Below, in pieces: positions 36,342 through 49,047 of a DNA stretch of 64,000 bases. The notes under the pieces were generated by a model. That model was not told the origin of the DNA. It did no database searches and saw only the letters and a list, made by a program, of their open reading frames with translations. The DNA is taken from contig JAKIMF020000001.1 of assembly GCA_022605425.2 (NCBI GenBank), positions 2,480,001 through 2,544,000 on the forward strand, in the 5' to 3' direction. How positions within the stretch are numbered: the stretch's first letter is position 1; every line of letters starts with the position of its first letter. The position numbers and the translations under genes are program-made. The DNA is from Hamiltosporidium tvaerminnensis FI-OER-3-3. Lineage: Eukaryota > Fungi > Microsporidia.

Positions 36342-38273
36342 TTAATTGGTTTCCAATAAAGCATCTAAAATATAAGGATCAATACAATAAGCATGTAAAT
36401 ACAAATGATCGAAGAATTTCTTATAAAATTGATATTTTGCAAAATTTGATGAATCTCCAATAATTACCAATCCATGTATACATCTCGTTAGTGCAACATT
36501 AATTCTTTTTAAATCAGATAAAAATCCTATATCTTGTATTTCATTCGATCTGACCAAATTTAAAATAATTATTCCTTTTTCTTGTCCTTGAAAAGCATCT
36601 ACTGTACTTATTTGAATTGGAAAAGATATTTGTGGCATGATTTCTTTTATATGAATGGCTTGTTGTGAATATGGAGTTATAATTCCTACATCATGTTTAT
36701 TATCTATTGATTCAAGGTATTTAACTACTTTTAAGGTAATTTCAGCTTCAAAAATATTTTTTATTGATGAATTGGATTTCATTTCATCTGAATTGTAACC
36801 AGAAGTATCGATAAAAAGAATCGGTGAATGACTAAAAAATTTAAAATTGTTTTTTAAAGGAGAAATAATTTGATTTGAATAGAAATATGAATTTGAAAAC
36901 GAAATCAAAATTTCATTCATTCTGTACTGTTCATTGAGAAAAAATGTTGGTACATTCTTTAGTTTATCAAAAAATGTCATTTTTAATTCTTTTGATTCCG
37001 ACTTTACTGTGGGTCCTAATTGGTATGGATCACCAACAAGAATAAAATTTTTGGCAAGTAAAATATTCAAGAAAGATTCTGCTTCGAGTGCCTGGCAAGC
37101 TTCATCTATTATTATCCAATCAAAGCATTTTAAACCTTCGATTTTGTGAGAACTAAAAAGAGTAGAGAATACAAGATTTGTAGCCTTTATTTTTTCTTTT
37201 GAAAATTTATTTTTTCTTGATTTCATTTCTTTCATTATTTCAGTTATTTTTCTTTTATCGATTTTTTTACATTTCATAGCTTCATTAAGCTCTTCGGAAA
37301 TAAATGAAACTGATTCTGATGCTATTTTGTCTAAATTATAACAATTTAAAGTTTTTAATGATTTTGATATACTTCCTAATCTAAAAAGACTAGTTTTATT
37401 CTTCTTGTGATATTCTGATTCCACAAAACAAGATAATATATTATCAACTGAAAGATTACTCGGCCCACATACCAAAACAGATTTATCCATAGTAAGTAAT
37501 ATTTTTATTATTTCTACTACAGTTTTAGTCTTACCTGTACCTGGTGGTCCTATGATTCGATAAGAAATATTTTTTGTACAAAATATTAAAGATCTCTGTT
37601 GGTTTTTATTGAGTTTTGTATAATTTATTAAATCTCCTAATTCGTCTAAAATTTTGCCAAAATTTTCATTTTTATTTTGTATCTCTAAATTTTGAAATTT
37701 ATCCATTATATTTTCAAAAAAATTTAATTCTTTTAATTTTAAATCTTCATTAAAATCTACAATTTCTTTATTATTCTGTTCAATCTTAGTATCTTCGCTC
37801 TTACATTTGATCCTCAAATCTGCAAGAATATTTTCATCAAAATAAATATTTTCAATTTCTATTTTTTTCAATCTTTTCAGTATTCTATAAGTATTATACA
37901 CAGATCCTTCTAGCCTGACATAAACCTCTCTACATTTCAATTCAGTAGAGGTAAGACATGTAAAAACATCATTTTCCACACAAATAATTTTTGTTTTAAT
38001 TCCATCATAGGTATTTTCAAGATGGAAAAATATTTTAATATTTTCTTCTTCTTTAAAAATCTTATTTATACTTAATTTTTTTGTTATAACCGTTTTATTA
38101 GAATTGTATGCACCAATAATTTTAAAAGAAATTATATTTCCAAATTGAAACACTTTTCTGTCAATAATTTTTGCTTTGTAAATATTCAAAATAGAATCTT
38201 CATTCTCTAAATATTCTAATTCTTTTTGGAGTGTGAAAATAAGAGAATCAACATATTTTTGTAAAATATCCAT
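36342..38273 (-). CDS. Upf1-like SF1 helicase, Hcs1/IGHMBP2 type
   Basis: Motifs GPPGTGKT, VLVCGPSNLSVDN, IIDEACQ, LVGDPYQLGP, LNEQYRM, STVDAFQGQEK and RINVALTR. Start moved to the ATG at 38273 (MDILQ), which has CCC just upstream, instead of the TTG at 38357. Confidence 0.9.
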   Translation of the reverse strand: MDILQKYVDSLIFTLQKELEYLENEDSILNIYKAKIIDRKVFQFGNIISFKIIGAYNSNKTVITKKLSINKIFKEEENIKIFFHLENTYDGIKTKIICVENDVFTCLTSTELKCREVYVRLEGSVYNTYRILKRLKKIEIENIYFDENILADLRIKCKSEDTKIEQNNKEIVDFNEDLKLKELNFFENIMDKFQNLEIQNKNENFGKILDELGDLINYTKLNKNQQRSLIFCTKNISYRIIGPPGTGKTKTVVEIIKILLTMDKSVLVCGPSNLSVDNILSCFVESEYHKKNKTSLFRLGSISKSLKTLNCYNLDKIASESVSFISEELNEAMKCKKIDKRKITEIMKEMKSRKNKFSKEKIKATNLVFSTLFSSHKIEGLKCFDWIIIDEACQALEAESFLNILLAKNFILVGDPYQLGPTVKSESKELKMTFFDKLKNVPTFFLNEQYRMNEILISFSNSYFYSNQIISPLKNNFKFFSHSPILFIDTSGYNSDEMKSNSSIKNIFEAEITLKVVKYLESIDNKHDVGIITPYSQQAIHIKEIMPQISFPIQISTVDAFQGQEKGIIILNLVRSNEIQDIGFLSDLKRINVALTRCIHGLVIIGDSSNFAKYQFYKKFFDHLYLHAYCIDPYILDALLETN

Positions 38274-39704
38274 TGAATGGGTTTTTATTAAAATATTTTT
38301 TGTAAGAAATTTTATACGAATTAAGGCAACAAAAATGCGATGCAATATAAATCGCAAAAATAAAAGAAAATTTATTCCTTTTTAAATTCATTTAAAGGCT
38401 CTTAATTTATGCTATGATTTAGTATATTTAAATGTTACTTTTTTTTATTTCAATCATATACTACCTTAACTAATTATCCTTGGTAATTGAATTACATGCT
38501 AGAATAATGTTTTTTGATAGTTATATTCTGTTCAAAATCTCTTTAAAAAGTATTCTAAAGATTTCATTTACTATTTAGAAGCTTTGAATCGTTATATTGA
38601 GAGATAAAACATTGGCAATTTTTTTACAAAAAGATTTTGGCTTTTTTGGATCGGCTAGGTGATACTTCGTTAAAATATTATTACGATCTTAAAAGAAAAT
38701 AAGATTATTATCGAATAAATCTTAAGTTTGTAATTCTTGAATCCTAAAAAATATAAGTTTAACTATTGTGTTTAGACAACCATACTAAAAATCCCCAGAT
38801 TGAAGATTCGGCTTGTAAATTGCATTAATTGAATTTAATTAATTGAATGAAATACAAACAAAGTCTTTTAAATATAATTCTATAAATATACGAGTAATAT
38901 TTAGATCTGTAAGCTAATTAAGGTTTTGAGCTTTATTTTATTTTTGTAAATTATTATACTTCTAATGGAAATATAAAACTAAAAAAACAAAACAATTTTA
39001 AATTTAAAGAGCAATATATATTAAAAATAATGAAGAGTCTTTAAAGAAGATTTTACAAGACGATTTAGAATGGTATTGGTACTTATATTACTAATTGTTT
39101 ATAAATGATTGGTTTTCAACAAAAAAGATAAATTAAATTTAAAAATTTGCTATATATTTATATTCATAGCAAAAGATTCATGGTTTTTAAGGTACAGGGA
39201 ATAATTGAGATAAACTTAAACAACAATTTTTAATATCCTAATATCTTTCTAAATCTACCTATTACATAATTTTGTATTGATAAAATATTACTCATGTATT
39301 ATATTAAATATGAGAGAACTAGAAAAGAATTATATTTATCTATTTAGAGTTAATAAGCACTAATAAAATTTTTGAGAGAAAGACGGTAGAAATATAATTT
39401 TTTAAGTTATTTAAACATCAATATTTGTAATTTTAATTTTAATTACTTTTTTAGCTTATGACAAGGATATTAAGTCTATATTGTTAGAATGTATTAAGAA
39501 ATCATAAATTGGCTTGGTTAATTGATGGGTTACACTCGTGATACTTCAAAAACCCATTGTGATTTTATGGTTTTATCAAATAAATACGAGTCTTTAGTCA
39601 AAAAAAAGTTAGTAAATTTTAATAAACGTAATATCAAATAAATATTTAAAACTAATCAAATAGATTTAAAATTGAATATAAAAATATACTAAATCGAAAT
39701 ATGC

Positions 39705-40988
39705 TTACGTTTTAATTTTATTGTTTTTCAGTTGAAATATCTCTTGAAAATTCGTCTCAAAACATTTCATATCTAAGCTTTCTATTTCATTTTTTATTAA
39801 ATTAATATCTTCGAAATTTAGTTTCAATAAAATAATTAATTTTTCTATTACAGATACACAATTATATTCCAATTCGATTATTGGGATCATTGGATTTGAA
39901 TTATACTTTATCATGTAGGTAACATATTTAGAAACTTTAAACGAATATTTTAATTGCCTGATACGTTCCAGGTATTCGGTTATGTTATCTTTGGTTAATC
40001 TGTTGATTATTTTAGAATCAATATATTCAGTACAATCAAAAACTAAAGTTATTTCATGATTCTTATACTTGCAGTAAATCGAATTCAATTCTTTTTTTAG
40101 AATGTTTTCGGTACCTATAGTAATAAAAGTATTTTTAATATGTTCGATTTCATCAAGAAAAGTAAAGATTCTGTCAAAGAATATATGATAAAGTATTAAT
40201 GAACTGGAGGGTCTTTTTTTGGCGTCTTTCTGTAAACATATATTTATGCAATCTTTTAAATCCTCATCAGATGTTCTAAAAACAGGTTTATTTTTAATTA
40301 TTTCTATCGAATACATTCTGCAGATCAAAACACCGAAACTCCACATATCTGTTTTGAAATCGATATTAATATTCTTTTTAAATTCTGGTGACAAATAAAA
40401 ATACTTTTTAGGATCATCATTATAAATGAAAGCTAGTTCGGGTTTAGACCTTGCTTTAATTGATAATCCAAAATCGAATAATTTGCATTTTGTTTTACCA
40501 AATATCATTATATTTTTTGATTTCAAATCATTGTATATTATACCAGATAAATGTAAATATGAGAGAGCAAGAACAACTTGTCTAATTAATATTGCCTTCT
40601 CTTTATCTTTTAACAAAGTATTTTTTAAATACTGGTACAAAGTTTTTTCGCCTAATTCTAAAATGAGTGCTGATATATGCCATTTATACATTCCACATTT
40701 GTAAAATTTTAGAATTTTCTCGTTGCTATAATTTGTATAAACATGTTTCTCATTTTCTATTGACCTTTTATATATATCGGAATTAGACAATTTTATTGCA
40801 AATATTTCGTTTGATTGTTGGTTTTTACACTTATAAACATTTCCGTTAGTACCAGATCCCAGTTTTTCCTCTACTATATATTCTTCATATGATTTATCAT
40901 CAAATTCAATTCGTATTTTCGTATTTAATTTCAAAACAGTATCTTCGCTACATTTCACTAATAATATTGTAAATAAAAAAAATTTCAT
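39705..40988 (-). CDS. Ser/Thr protein kinase with an N-terminal signal peptide (putative secreted kinase)
   Basis: Leader MKFFLFTILLVKC. Motifs GSGTNG, AIK, alphaC E, YNDLKSKN catalytic loop, DFG, SPE, DMWSFG and KRP. ~150-aa C-terminal extension. Confidence 0.88.
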   Translation of the reverse strand: MKFFLFTILLVKCSEDTVLKLNTKIRIEFDDKSYEEYIVEEKLGSGTNGNVYKCKNQQSNEIFAIKLSNSDIYKRSIENEKHVYTNYSNEKILKFYKCGMYKWHISALILELGEKTLYQYLKNTLLKDKEKAILIRQVVLALSYLHLSGIIYNDLKSKNIMIFGKTKCKLFDFGLSIKARSKPELAFIYNDDPKKYFYLSPEFKKNINIDFKTDMWSFGVLICRMYSIEIIKNKPVFRTSDEDLKDCINICLQKDAKKRPSSSLILYHIFFDRIFTFLDEIEHIKNTFITIGTENILKKELNSIYCKYKNHEITLVFDCTEYIDSKIINRLTKDNITEYLERIRQLKYSFKVSKYVTYMIKYNSNPMIPIIELEYNCVSVIEKLIILLKLNFEDINLIKNEIESLDMKCFETNFQEIFQLKNNKIKT

Positions 40989-42422
40989 CCCCTTTCAAGT
41001 AAAATATAATTTAACGTATTTTCTTTATATAATTTATATACCCGTTTTGGAATTTTTTTAATCATAAAATATCAAAAAAAAATTGTTTTTGTCAAATTAG
41101 TACTTTCTATTTTTATAAATTGATTTTAAGTAAGATGATTGATCCAATATGGATGGATTCGATCTAAATTTGTAAATTAATATATTTTTATTTATTACGA
41201 TTTTTTGGCGCAATAATAATAGAGAAATAAGAAAAAAATATCTATTCACCAAAAAAATGCAAGAAATACAATTATATTTCATAGAGACGAAAACAAATCT
41301 ACATCTAATATTTTTTTCACTGTGAAACTTTCAAATAAATTTTCATTTTTATAAGAAATATGATATATTTGAAATAATAAGTTCTACCGAATATGTATAA
41401 ATTGAAAAAAAAATAATAGAAAATGAGAAAATAAGGATCATAATCTATTCAAGTAACAAAGAAAGAAGTCAAGTAAAATTTAAGGTTAATAGATATACCG
41501 AAAAATTTCTTTTTAACAAAAATTTCCGAAAATGCTATTTTGATTAATTCTTTAAAAATTGTATAAAATATTTCCATATAACAAATGAGAATGTATAGTT
41601 TTACGTTATGGTTTTTTATTTTCAATTTCTCTATTTTAGTGTCATTATGGAGCTCTACTGCCAATCAAAATTTATTTAACTGGCTATTATAGCATTACAT
41701 AACATATTTTTACATCCACTTTGCAAACTATTTTTCTTATTAAATTAAATACTTAATCGTAATCTTGATATTTATTTTCTATTGTTTTTAAATATTTTCT
41801 AGTATTTTCATAATTATGAATAGATGTTAAAAAAATGATCACAAAAATCGTCTTATGAATCATTATTTAAACTTTAATGTTTTTAAATATTTTTATCAAA
41901 AATTTTAACTTTGTTCGGTAAAATGCAATCATTTTGAAACCAATTTTTTGCTTAATTAGATTCCATAAGTAAATTTGTTGAACAAACAACTGAGAATATT
42001 TTATTTACTAAAAATAAGGCAAAATATACCGAAATTTATTAAAAAAATGAAGATATCTTTCAATGTTTAGGACATAGAATATTAAGAAAAAAATGATTCT
42101 AAGCTACAAGAAACATATTCAAGAAAAAATACCTTAAACCAATCAACGAAATACACTTTTGAATGAGTAAAAAATCAGGATGTATTATATTGAATTAGAA
42201 ATGTAGAAAAGCTACAAATAAACAAAACAAATCACATGAAAAGCTTATGAAATAAAAAAATAACAAAAAATAGCAAATAAAAACAAAAAATCGCTTATTT
42301 TTTTTATTTTTTATTAATTGAATATTTCTTTTGAGCACTTAATTAAAACTTACAATTATTTTCTAAAGTAAATTTGAAATTTGTTTACTTTAAAAATATT
42401 TTCTACCCACCAAAAAAATAAG

Positions 42423-43403
42423 ATGAAACTAACCGAATGTTTTATAAGAATTTATAACAGTAAATTACCACAAATAATAAAAATTTCTTTAATAGGAATT
42501 TGTGAAAGTATTAGAAATATATTTACATTTAATTCCCGAAAAAAGATATTCGAAATAGAATTTGCTAATGAGGAAATCAATGTGGTTATAACAGGTGGAA
42601 ATAAAGGTATAGGTAAAGAAATAACATTACTTCTTGTAAAACACAACTACAACGTTCATATTCTAGCGCGCGATAAAAGTAGTTTGGAAGAGATTAAATA
42701 TTATTGTGATAAAATACAAAAAAATAAATGTTTTTATACAGAATGTGATTTATCAAATCCTAGAAGTATAAAAAGTGCGGCTTCTACTGTTTTTAAGAAT
42801 AAAAAAATACATTTAATAATTAACAATGCTGGTATCTTAGAACCGAGTATAAAATATAGAAATAATATAGAAATTAATTTTTTTATAAATCATCTTGGAC
42901 ATTTCATCTTGTTTAAAGAGCTTGAAAGAAGAATTTGTGCAATTAGAGGAAGAGTGGTAAATGTTACTAGTTGTGCTATTTATTCCGTGGATGAATATTT
43001 TACAGCGAAAAATCCATTTTTTTCGTTTATGAAATTATACTCGGAGAGTAAATTGTGTAATTCTTTATTTAGTTTAGCAATTAAAAATATGTCTGGTATA
43101 CGATCTGTAGCCATTCATCCTGGTATAATTGCTACCAATTTATTTGATAGATCTTTTTACGGATATTTTGTTTGGCTTACAACTAAACTGGCTTCTAGAT
43201 TTCTAGTTACAACCCAAGAAGCAGCAAATGTTGTTATAAATGCATGTTTTACTCACGAAATTTATAGCGAAAATGAAAAATGCGATCTATTTATCGGATA
43301 TGATAAAGGTATTATTCCAAAGAGTTTGAATGTAGATAATAGTAGGAAATTATGGAATCTTTCAGAATATTTATATCAAAAATTAGAAAGAAATGACGAT
43401 TAA
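42423..43403 (+). CDS. Short-chain dehydrogenase/reductase (retinol dehydrogenase/WWOX-like)
   Basis: TGGNKGIG, CDLS, INNAG, NHLGHF, catalytic YSESK and HPG. The ATG at 42423 is preceded by CCCACC. Confidence 0.92.
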   Translation: MKLTECFIRIYNSKLPQIIKISLIGICESIRNIFTFNSRKKIFEIEFANEEINVVITGGNKGIGKEITLLLVKHNYNVHILARDKSSLEEIKYYCDKIQKNKCFYTECDLSNPRSIKSAASTVFKNKKIHLIINNAGILEPSIKYRNNIEINFFINHLGHFILFKELERRICAIRGRVVNVTSCAIYSVDEYFTAKNPFFSFMKLYSESKLCNSLFSLAIKNMSGIRSVAIHPGIIATNLFDRSFYGYFVWLTTKLASRFLVTTQEAANVVINACFTHEIYSENEKCDLFIGYDKGIIPKSLNVDNSRKLWNLSEYLYQKLERNDD

Positions 43404-44949
43404 AATTGGTTTTATTGTATTTTGTTTTTTTTAAACGTTATAACGTATGTTTTGATTTTTACTTACAAATTATTTAGTCTATCAGATGAAAACATCTAAA
43501 ATTTAACAAAAATATCTTTGAAACCATAAATACGATATACTTTATTTCTTTTTCGAATATTTATCTAGAATTTGATATCATATTACATTATTAACTAAAA
43601 AATATTTAAAAGTGTAAAATCAACTGTTTTAACTCTGAATTATATAATTCTATAATTTTTAAGCTTTCATAAAAACCATTGTTGAGTTAATCGGAAACTG
43701 ATCATGGTAAATAATAGAATTAATATCGCAAATATAAAAATTATCAGGATTCACTTTTAAAAACAATATATATTTCATTTTATACAAAGAATTTAAAGCA
43801 AATAAATCTTTTAAACTATTTTTAAGAAGAAAGTATGTGTCTATATTGAGAAATTCTAAACAATTTTATAGCTTTGAATACAATTCTGTTTTATTTTATA
43901 AAATCATTTAAATTTTTTATGTTTAAAGCATTTATATAATCCATATACGAGCTTTTAGCATTTTTTAATAATTTCTCAAAAAAGAATTTCCAGTGATATA
44001 AATGAATTGAATAATCATAGTTTAAAAAGCAGAAAATATTTTATAAGATATATAATAATATATTTAAAAGTAAGAACTCTGGAATGGTTTGATACCCAAA
44101 GGAAAAAACAATAAAGAAATGATTTATTTTTGTATTAATAAATGAGGTATAAATCTGATGGTTCGTTTTATTAGTTTAATAAAAATGTTAAAGTTTTATT
44201 CAAATATTTTTCAGCAAAACATTGAAAAATAAAACTATTGAAATATTTCTTTTGTAAATAAATTAGCTTTTCTATGCCTATATTACCGAAAAAAAATAAA
44301 AAATCCAATTAGAATTAGTAAAGAATTGTAAAGAAGGTACAACAAATATGTGAGTTACACAATTATTTTAATTGCATTATCACTTACAAACATTTTCATT
44401 ATAATACTTTAAAATTCTAACTTCAACATAAAAGCTATCTTCTGAAATATTATAGAAGTTGCTTATTTAAAAAATTATTTGTGCATAAACAAACTTTTAA
44501 AGAACCCATATGTAAGTTAAAGCATAATATACAAATAATAAGAATCATATGAGAGAAGTGTAAAAAGAAGTAACAATTTAAATTTCACTTAAATTTGGTT
44601 TTATTGTATGAAAGCAAGAAGTAGTTTGAAATTGGAACTTATGAGTGAATTTTTATACAGCGTTTTGTTAATTAAAAAGTGTAGATCAGTTTATATGAAA
44701 AATATTTATTGAAAAATAAATTACCGGCAACGGACGAGAAAAGAAAAATTACGCCGCCAATTATAATTTTTTTTGAATATTTATAATAACCCTAGCTCTA
44801 TTTCTTTTATAATGATGCTTAGAAATATCCTGCTAGACTTTACAGCTTAATATCTGCATCAAAATATATTATTTAAAGTTTCTATAATATTAACTTTTAA
44901 TTTTTTACGATTTTTTCGGTAATTCGAAACGTGTAATTTTTGAAAAGAA

Positions 44950-45310
44950 AAAAAACCTCGACCAATTGTTCTTATGTGAAATATCATATCTGATTTAACT
45001 ATCAATAACAATGCAGAGTTTAACTACTGTTAATTAATTATATTTATTTTCAATCAATTGACGAGTAAAGATTTGATAAATATTGAAACTAAAAGTTAAA
45101 TGGTGTTGATTGTTCACAAACAATTGAATAGTTAGAACACTGGGTGTATATGAAGCGGAATTTCTCAATATCTGTACACTATAAAATACATGGAGTCATT
45201 AAGTTGATACTTGTAATGCTAGAAGAGCCTATAATTCAATTGATCATGCTTATTTAATTAATATACTATAAAACTTATTAGTTTTTAGTTGTATATTTAA
45301 AGTTTAAAAC
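44950..45310 (+). mobile_element. Decayed RT fragment of an R4/Dong-type element
   Basis: An RPI-like segment at ~44960 and AYNSIDHAYL at ~45227-45256 match DYRPIT and AYDSIDHAYL of the intact-length copy. Confidence 0.6.
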
Positions 45311-45559
45311 TAAAATTTTTGATGAAAAACGAATAATTCAGCGAATTTTTGAGCAGTAAGCTTTAGAAGAATTCTCTATGATGCATTTCGCATATATTTG
45401 TTTTTATTTTTTCAATTTGTTGATTTTTAGTAATGAAAATGTAATAAGTGTAAAAATATCAGCAAAAAACGTTCCACATAATTCTGATTTTATGGTTATT
45501 GAAAGACTTTTTCGTATATTAAGTCAATTCTAACCATATGAATGACACCATATAAATAC

Positions 45560-46740
45560 TCGTTGAACATAATATGCCTGAAAGAAAAAAATTACAATGC
45601 CCTAATTATAAGAAAAATGCAAGATTTTTAGAAATTCATGATGTTTATACATCATATTTTATGGACTATAAGCAAGTATGTGTTGGTATAGTTGTAAAAT
45701 TTGTTTTCAAAACATTATTAGAACCGCAAATACCCGAAAATATCTTGAGACTAATTAGAATGACACTGAAAAATACAAAAAGCAGAATTATGGTAACAAG
45801 AAAAATTTACGGAGATTTTAGGATATGCCTAAGTTACGATCGAGAGATGCGCTCTCATTATAATCTATAATATCATGAACGAAAACGTTATTAGAAGTAA
45901 AATTTTATTCGAAAGCTACTCTTACAAAACATATATAACTGCTAAAGTTGCTAATGAAATCGAATATCATGGTAAAAAAGGCAGAGAATCTTAAAAAACA
46001 TGTCAGAAAAGTCGACAATGAATGACAAAAACCAAGTATTCTACAAGTAAAAATAGAAAATGCACGAGTTGACTTTGAAGAACCAGAAAATATACTATAA
46101 TTTCATTTAGATGAAGTTCATTTCGAAAACATTCATACTTCAAACATAGAGGCGTTATTCTGGCTAATAATAATGGTAACAGTGGGGAATTCAACGAGAG
46201 AATGAAAGCAGTCAATAACTACCATTTTAGTTATATGGAAAATTAAAATCTCCACTTTTCAAGCGATAAGAAAGAAAATAATATATAAGTCTTTTGTTGA
46301 ATCTAAAGTTATGTATGGCAACGCAGCATGGATATCGACTAAACGTAATTAAGCTATTTTGGGCGTATAAGTACCAAATATCTTAAATTGAATGTACTAA
46401 CTCACTAAAAACTAGCAAGGTGACAGACGAACTTTAAATTTTATAGAAGGCTAAATTCGCATTTAAATCTAGGTTTGTTAACGAAGTTAAAAGGACCGGA
46501 ATATGTTAGCTACTATCTCTAACATGTATCAGAAAGCCGAATGACAAAAAAAGCGTACTTAGGAAATATCAAAGATCAGATACTTCCAGGTCGAGCGAAA
46601 ATCGAATGGCTTTATGACAAAAAAAAATAGAGAAGTTTTGATATTAACCAAAGATAAAATAGGCACTTGCTCTAAAAAGTTGAATTTTCGGGTGGATTAA
46701 GCCAAGAAGCTTAATTTGCCGTAATGCCACGGAGTAATTA
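45560..46740 (+). mobile_element. Decayed RTE-clade LINE (RT through 3' end)
   Basis: CPNY, FMDYKQ, IPENILRLIRMTLKNTKSRI, DALS and IYKSFVESKVMYGNAAW segments, and an RTE-like tail (GCCACGGAGTAA). Confidence 0.7.
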
Positions 46741-47558
46741 ACTAGAATGTTTTAAAATATTTAAAAAAAGAAAAAACTATAAAAAATATAATCTAATTAT
46801 TTAAAAAAGTATTAATAGATGATTTGGGGTGGTTAGAAGAAGATTCTGCGCAAACAAGCAAAATTACATATTTAATGAAATTGTTCTATGCACAAAACAT
46901 TGAACAGAACCATTGCTTAGATTTAAGATAAAATGCAGCTTGTTAAAGTTAAATATGACAGAATAGTTTTATTCATTCAAAAAACACATTTAAATTGATA
47001 TTTGGTTCACATTTGAATTCTCTAACAGACACTTAGAAAGGGCTTTATCGTTTTGAATTTCAAAGTATATATGAATAATTTATAATTTTAAATATTCTGA
47101 AATTAAAAGTAAAATATAAATTTAATAGCAAGATTATTGCACTTAACATTGACTAAAGATTATATAAAATAAAAACTATAAATATATACCTTGGAAAGCC
47201 TATTATATGAAAACATAATAAGATACAAATACATAAATTAAGAATAAAACAAGTTGTTTGTATTTTAATACTGAATAATAAGAAAACTGGAAGTTTGATC
47301 ATTATATGAAGCAAGGTTTGTTTATAGAAGGTAAATATGTTTTAAAACAATAATATCATGAAATCTATAGGATATTACTTAAGCTGAAAAATTTGAATAT
47401 CTACGAAAATAAGTATCAATTATATACGAATCGATAAGTTAACCATTCAAATCCAAAATTTATTTATCTTGAGTAAATATGATTTTTTTGGGAATTAAGC
47501 CCCGGAAAAAAAATTAGAATTTTTATTAGACTTTTTATTTCACTATAACCAATACATT

Positions 47559-47786
47559 CCACCATGCTTGGAGCAAAATCGGCTTGGATTATTCTCTGTT
47601 TGGCGTAAAGGCGACTAAAAGGGACTGTTCCTCCATGTTGAGGGTAGAACTAATAACCCACCCTTTAAAATCACCTTGTTACGAAACCCGAAAAAGTAAA
47701 CAAACCCACTAAAAAAAGACCGGTGGGGAAGGTATTACTTAGGGAGGCCAAGGTTTGTACAGGGCTGTAGTGCTAAACATGAATGA
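47559..47786 (+). mobile_element. ~230-bp RTE-related SINE-like element, copy D, with TSD
   Basis: Colinear with copies A-C. Flanked by ATAACCAATACATT (47545-47558) and ATAACTAATACGTT (47787-47800), 12/14 identical. Confidence 0.85.
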
Positions 47787-47989
47787 ATAACTAATACGTT
47801 TTTTGTTTAAAAATATAGTATTTTTTAAAAAAAATACCATGAGAATGTTATATTTTCCAGGACATTAACGCATTATGAGTTTAACATAAAAGTGCTCCTT
47901 CAAAACTCCATAGGTACCCCCTATGATACCTACATCTTTATGCCTTTTTCTAAAATGTATGTAGAACCATTGTAATTAACAAAGAGTTG

Positions 47990-48480
47990 CCTGCAGTTGG
48001 TCAATGTTCGTTGCATGATGTGTATTTTAAGTCGCAAGCCACCCAAGACCTTGCAGAATTTCCACTTACTCTTCACTTTTCGAATGTAATAAGCACATAG
48101 CTAAAATATCTCTGCAATTTATATGATTCAACCTAGACAGTAATGTCATACCATCAGGTATAACCTGCTACTCATTTAGTGTCTTTAAAGGATTTTTTTA
48201 TTATCATCCAGGCGCTAAGTCTTCTAACCTGAGTGAGCAATAGTAGGTTTCCATGCTTTTCTACGGTAATCCTAGAATTTTATCAGCGGTCTGCAATTTG
48301 GTTAGATAAAAAAATTCACAAAATAAATTTGTAGAAAAATTCGTCATTGAGTAGACCTCATCCTCTTTATAAAAACCCCCACGGAACAACCAAAATATAG
48401 TTTGGTTTTTTCCCATCAAAAATTGCAACAATGACCGCACAATAATTTCATATACTCATTACCAAGCAAATGGTTTTTGA
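47990..48480. repeat. Unclassified dispersed repeat, copy 1 (homologous to ~56060-56530)
   Basis: Shared colinear blocks GCAGAATTT, ACTTACTCT..TTTCGAAT, GTTTCCATG, GGAACAACCAAAAT, AATTTC.TATACTC and ATGGTTTTT. Confidence 0.7.
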
Positions 48481-49047
48481 AGTGGTTATCCTTCTTCTAT
48501 GCGTACCAATAAGGTATAATTTACATAGAAGGTGTTTTTTTATATTATAGGCTATAATAATTTAGATTTCGACCAAATTATAAACGAAATAAACTCTTTT
48601 TTTATAGTTTATCTTGAATTAATTTTCCAAAGATGAGTTATTTTCTTATTTTACCTAATACTATGTCTATAATAACAAAAAATTTCAGGCATTAAATTAG
48701 ACATGGAAACTTTTAGATTAATGTTACAAAAAAACATGTCTAATCGATTAATCGAATTAAAGAAATTCAATACACCAAAGATAATATCAAGGTAAATGAA
48801 ATTATTTGAGGATAGTAGAACGAATATTTTAAAATCCTAAAAAAAACTATCTTTGAAATTTGCAACTACAGGGTATTATAACCTCTAAAATTGAATAATT
48901 ATTGAAAAGAATACATATAACATGAATACATACATATTTTAATTAAAATTACGTAAAAAAATTACAATTTTTATTTTCTTCGAAAATTTTTTCAAAGAAT
49001 ACAACAACTAAGCCCAATTATAAATCCGTATAAATTTAAACAATACT

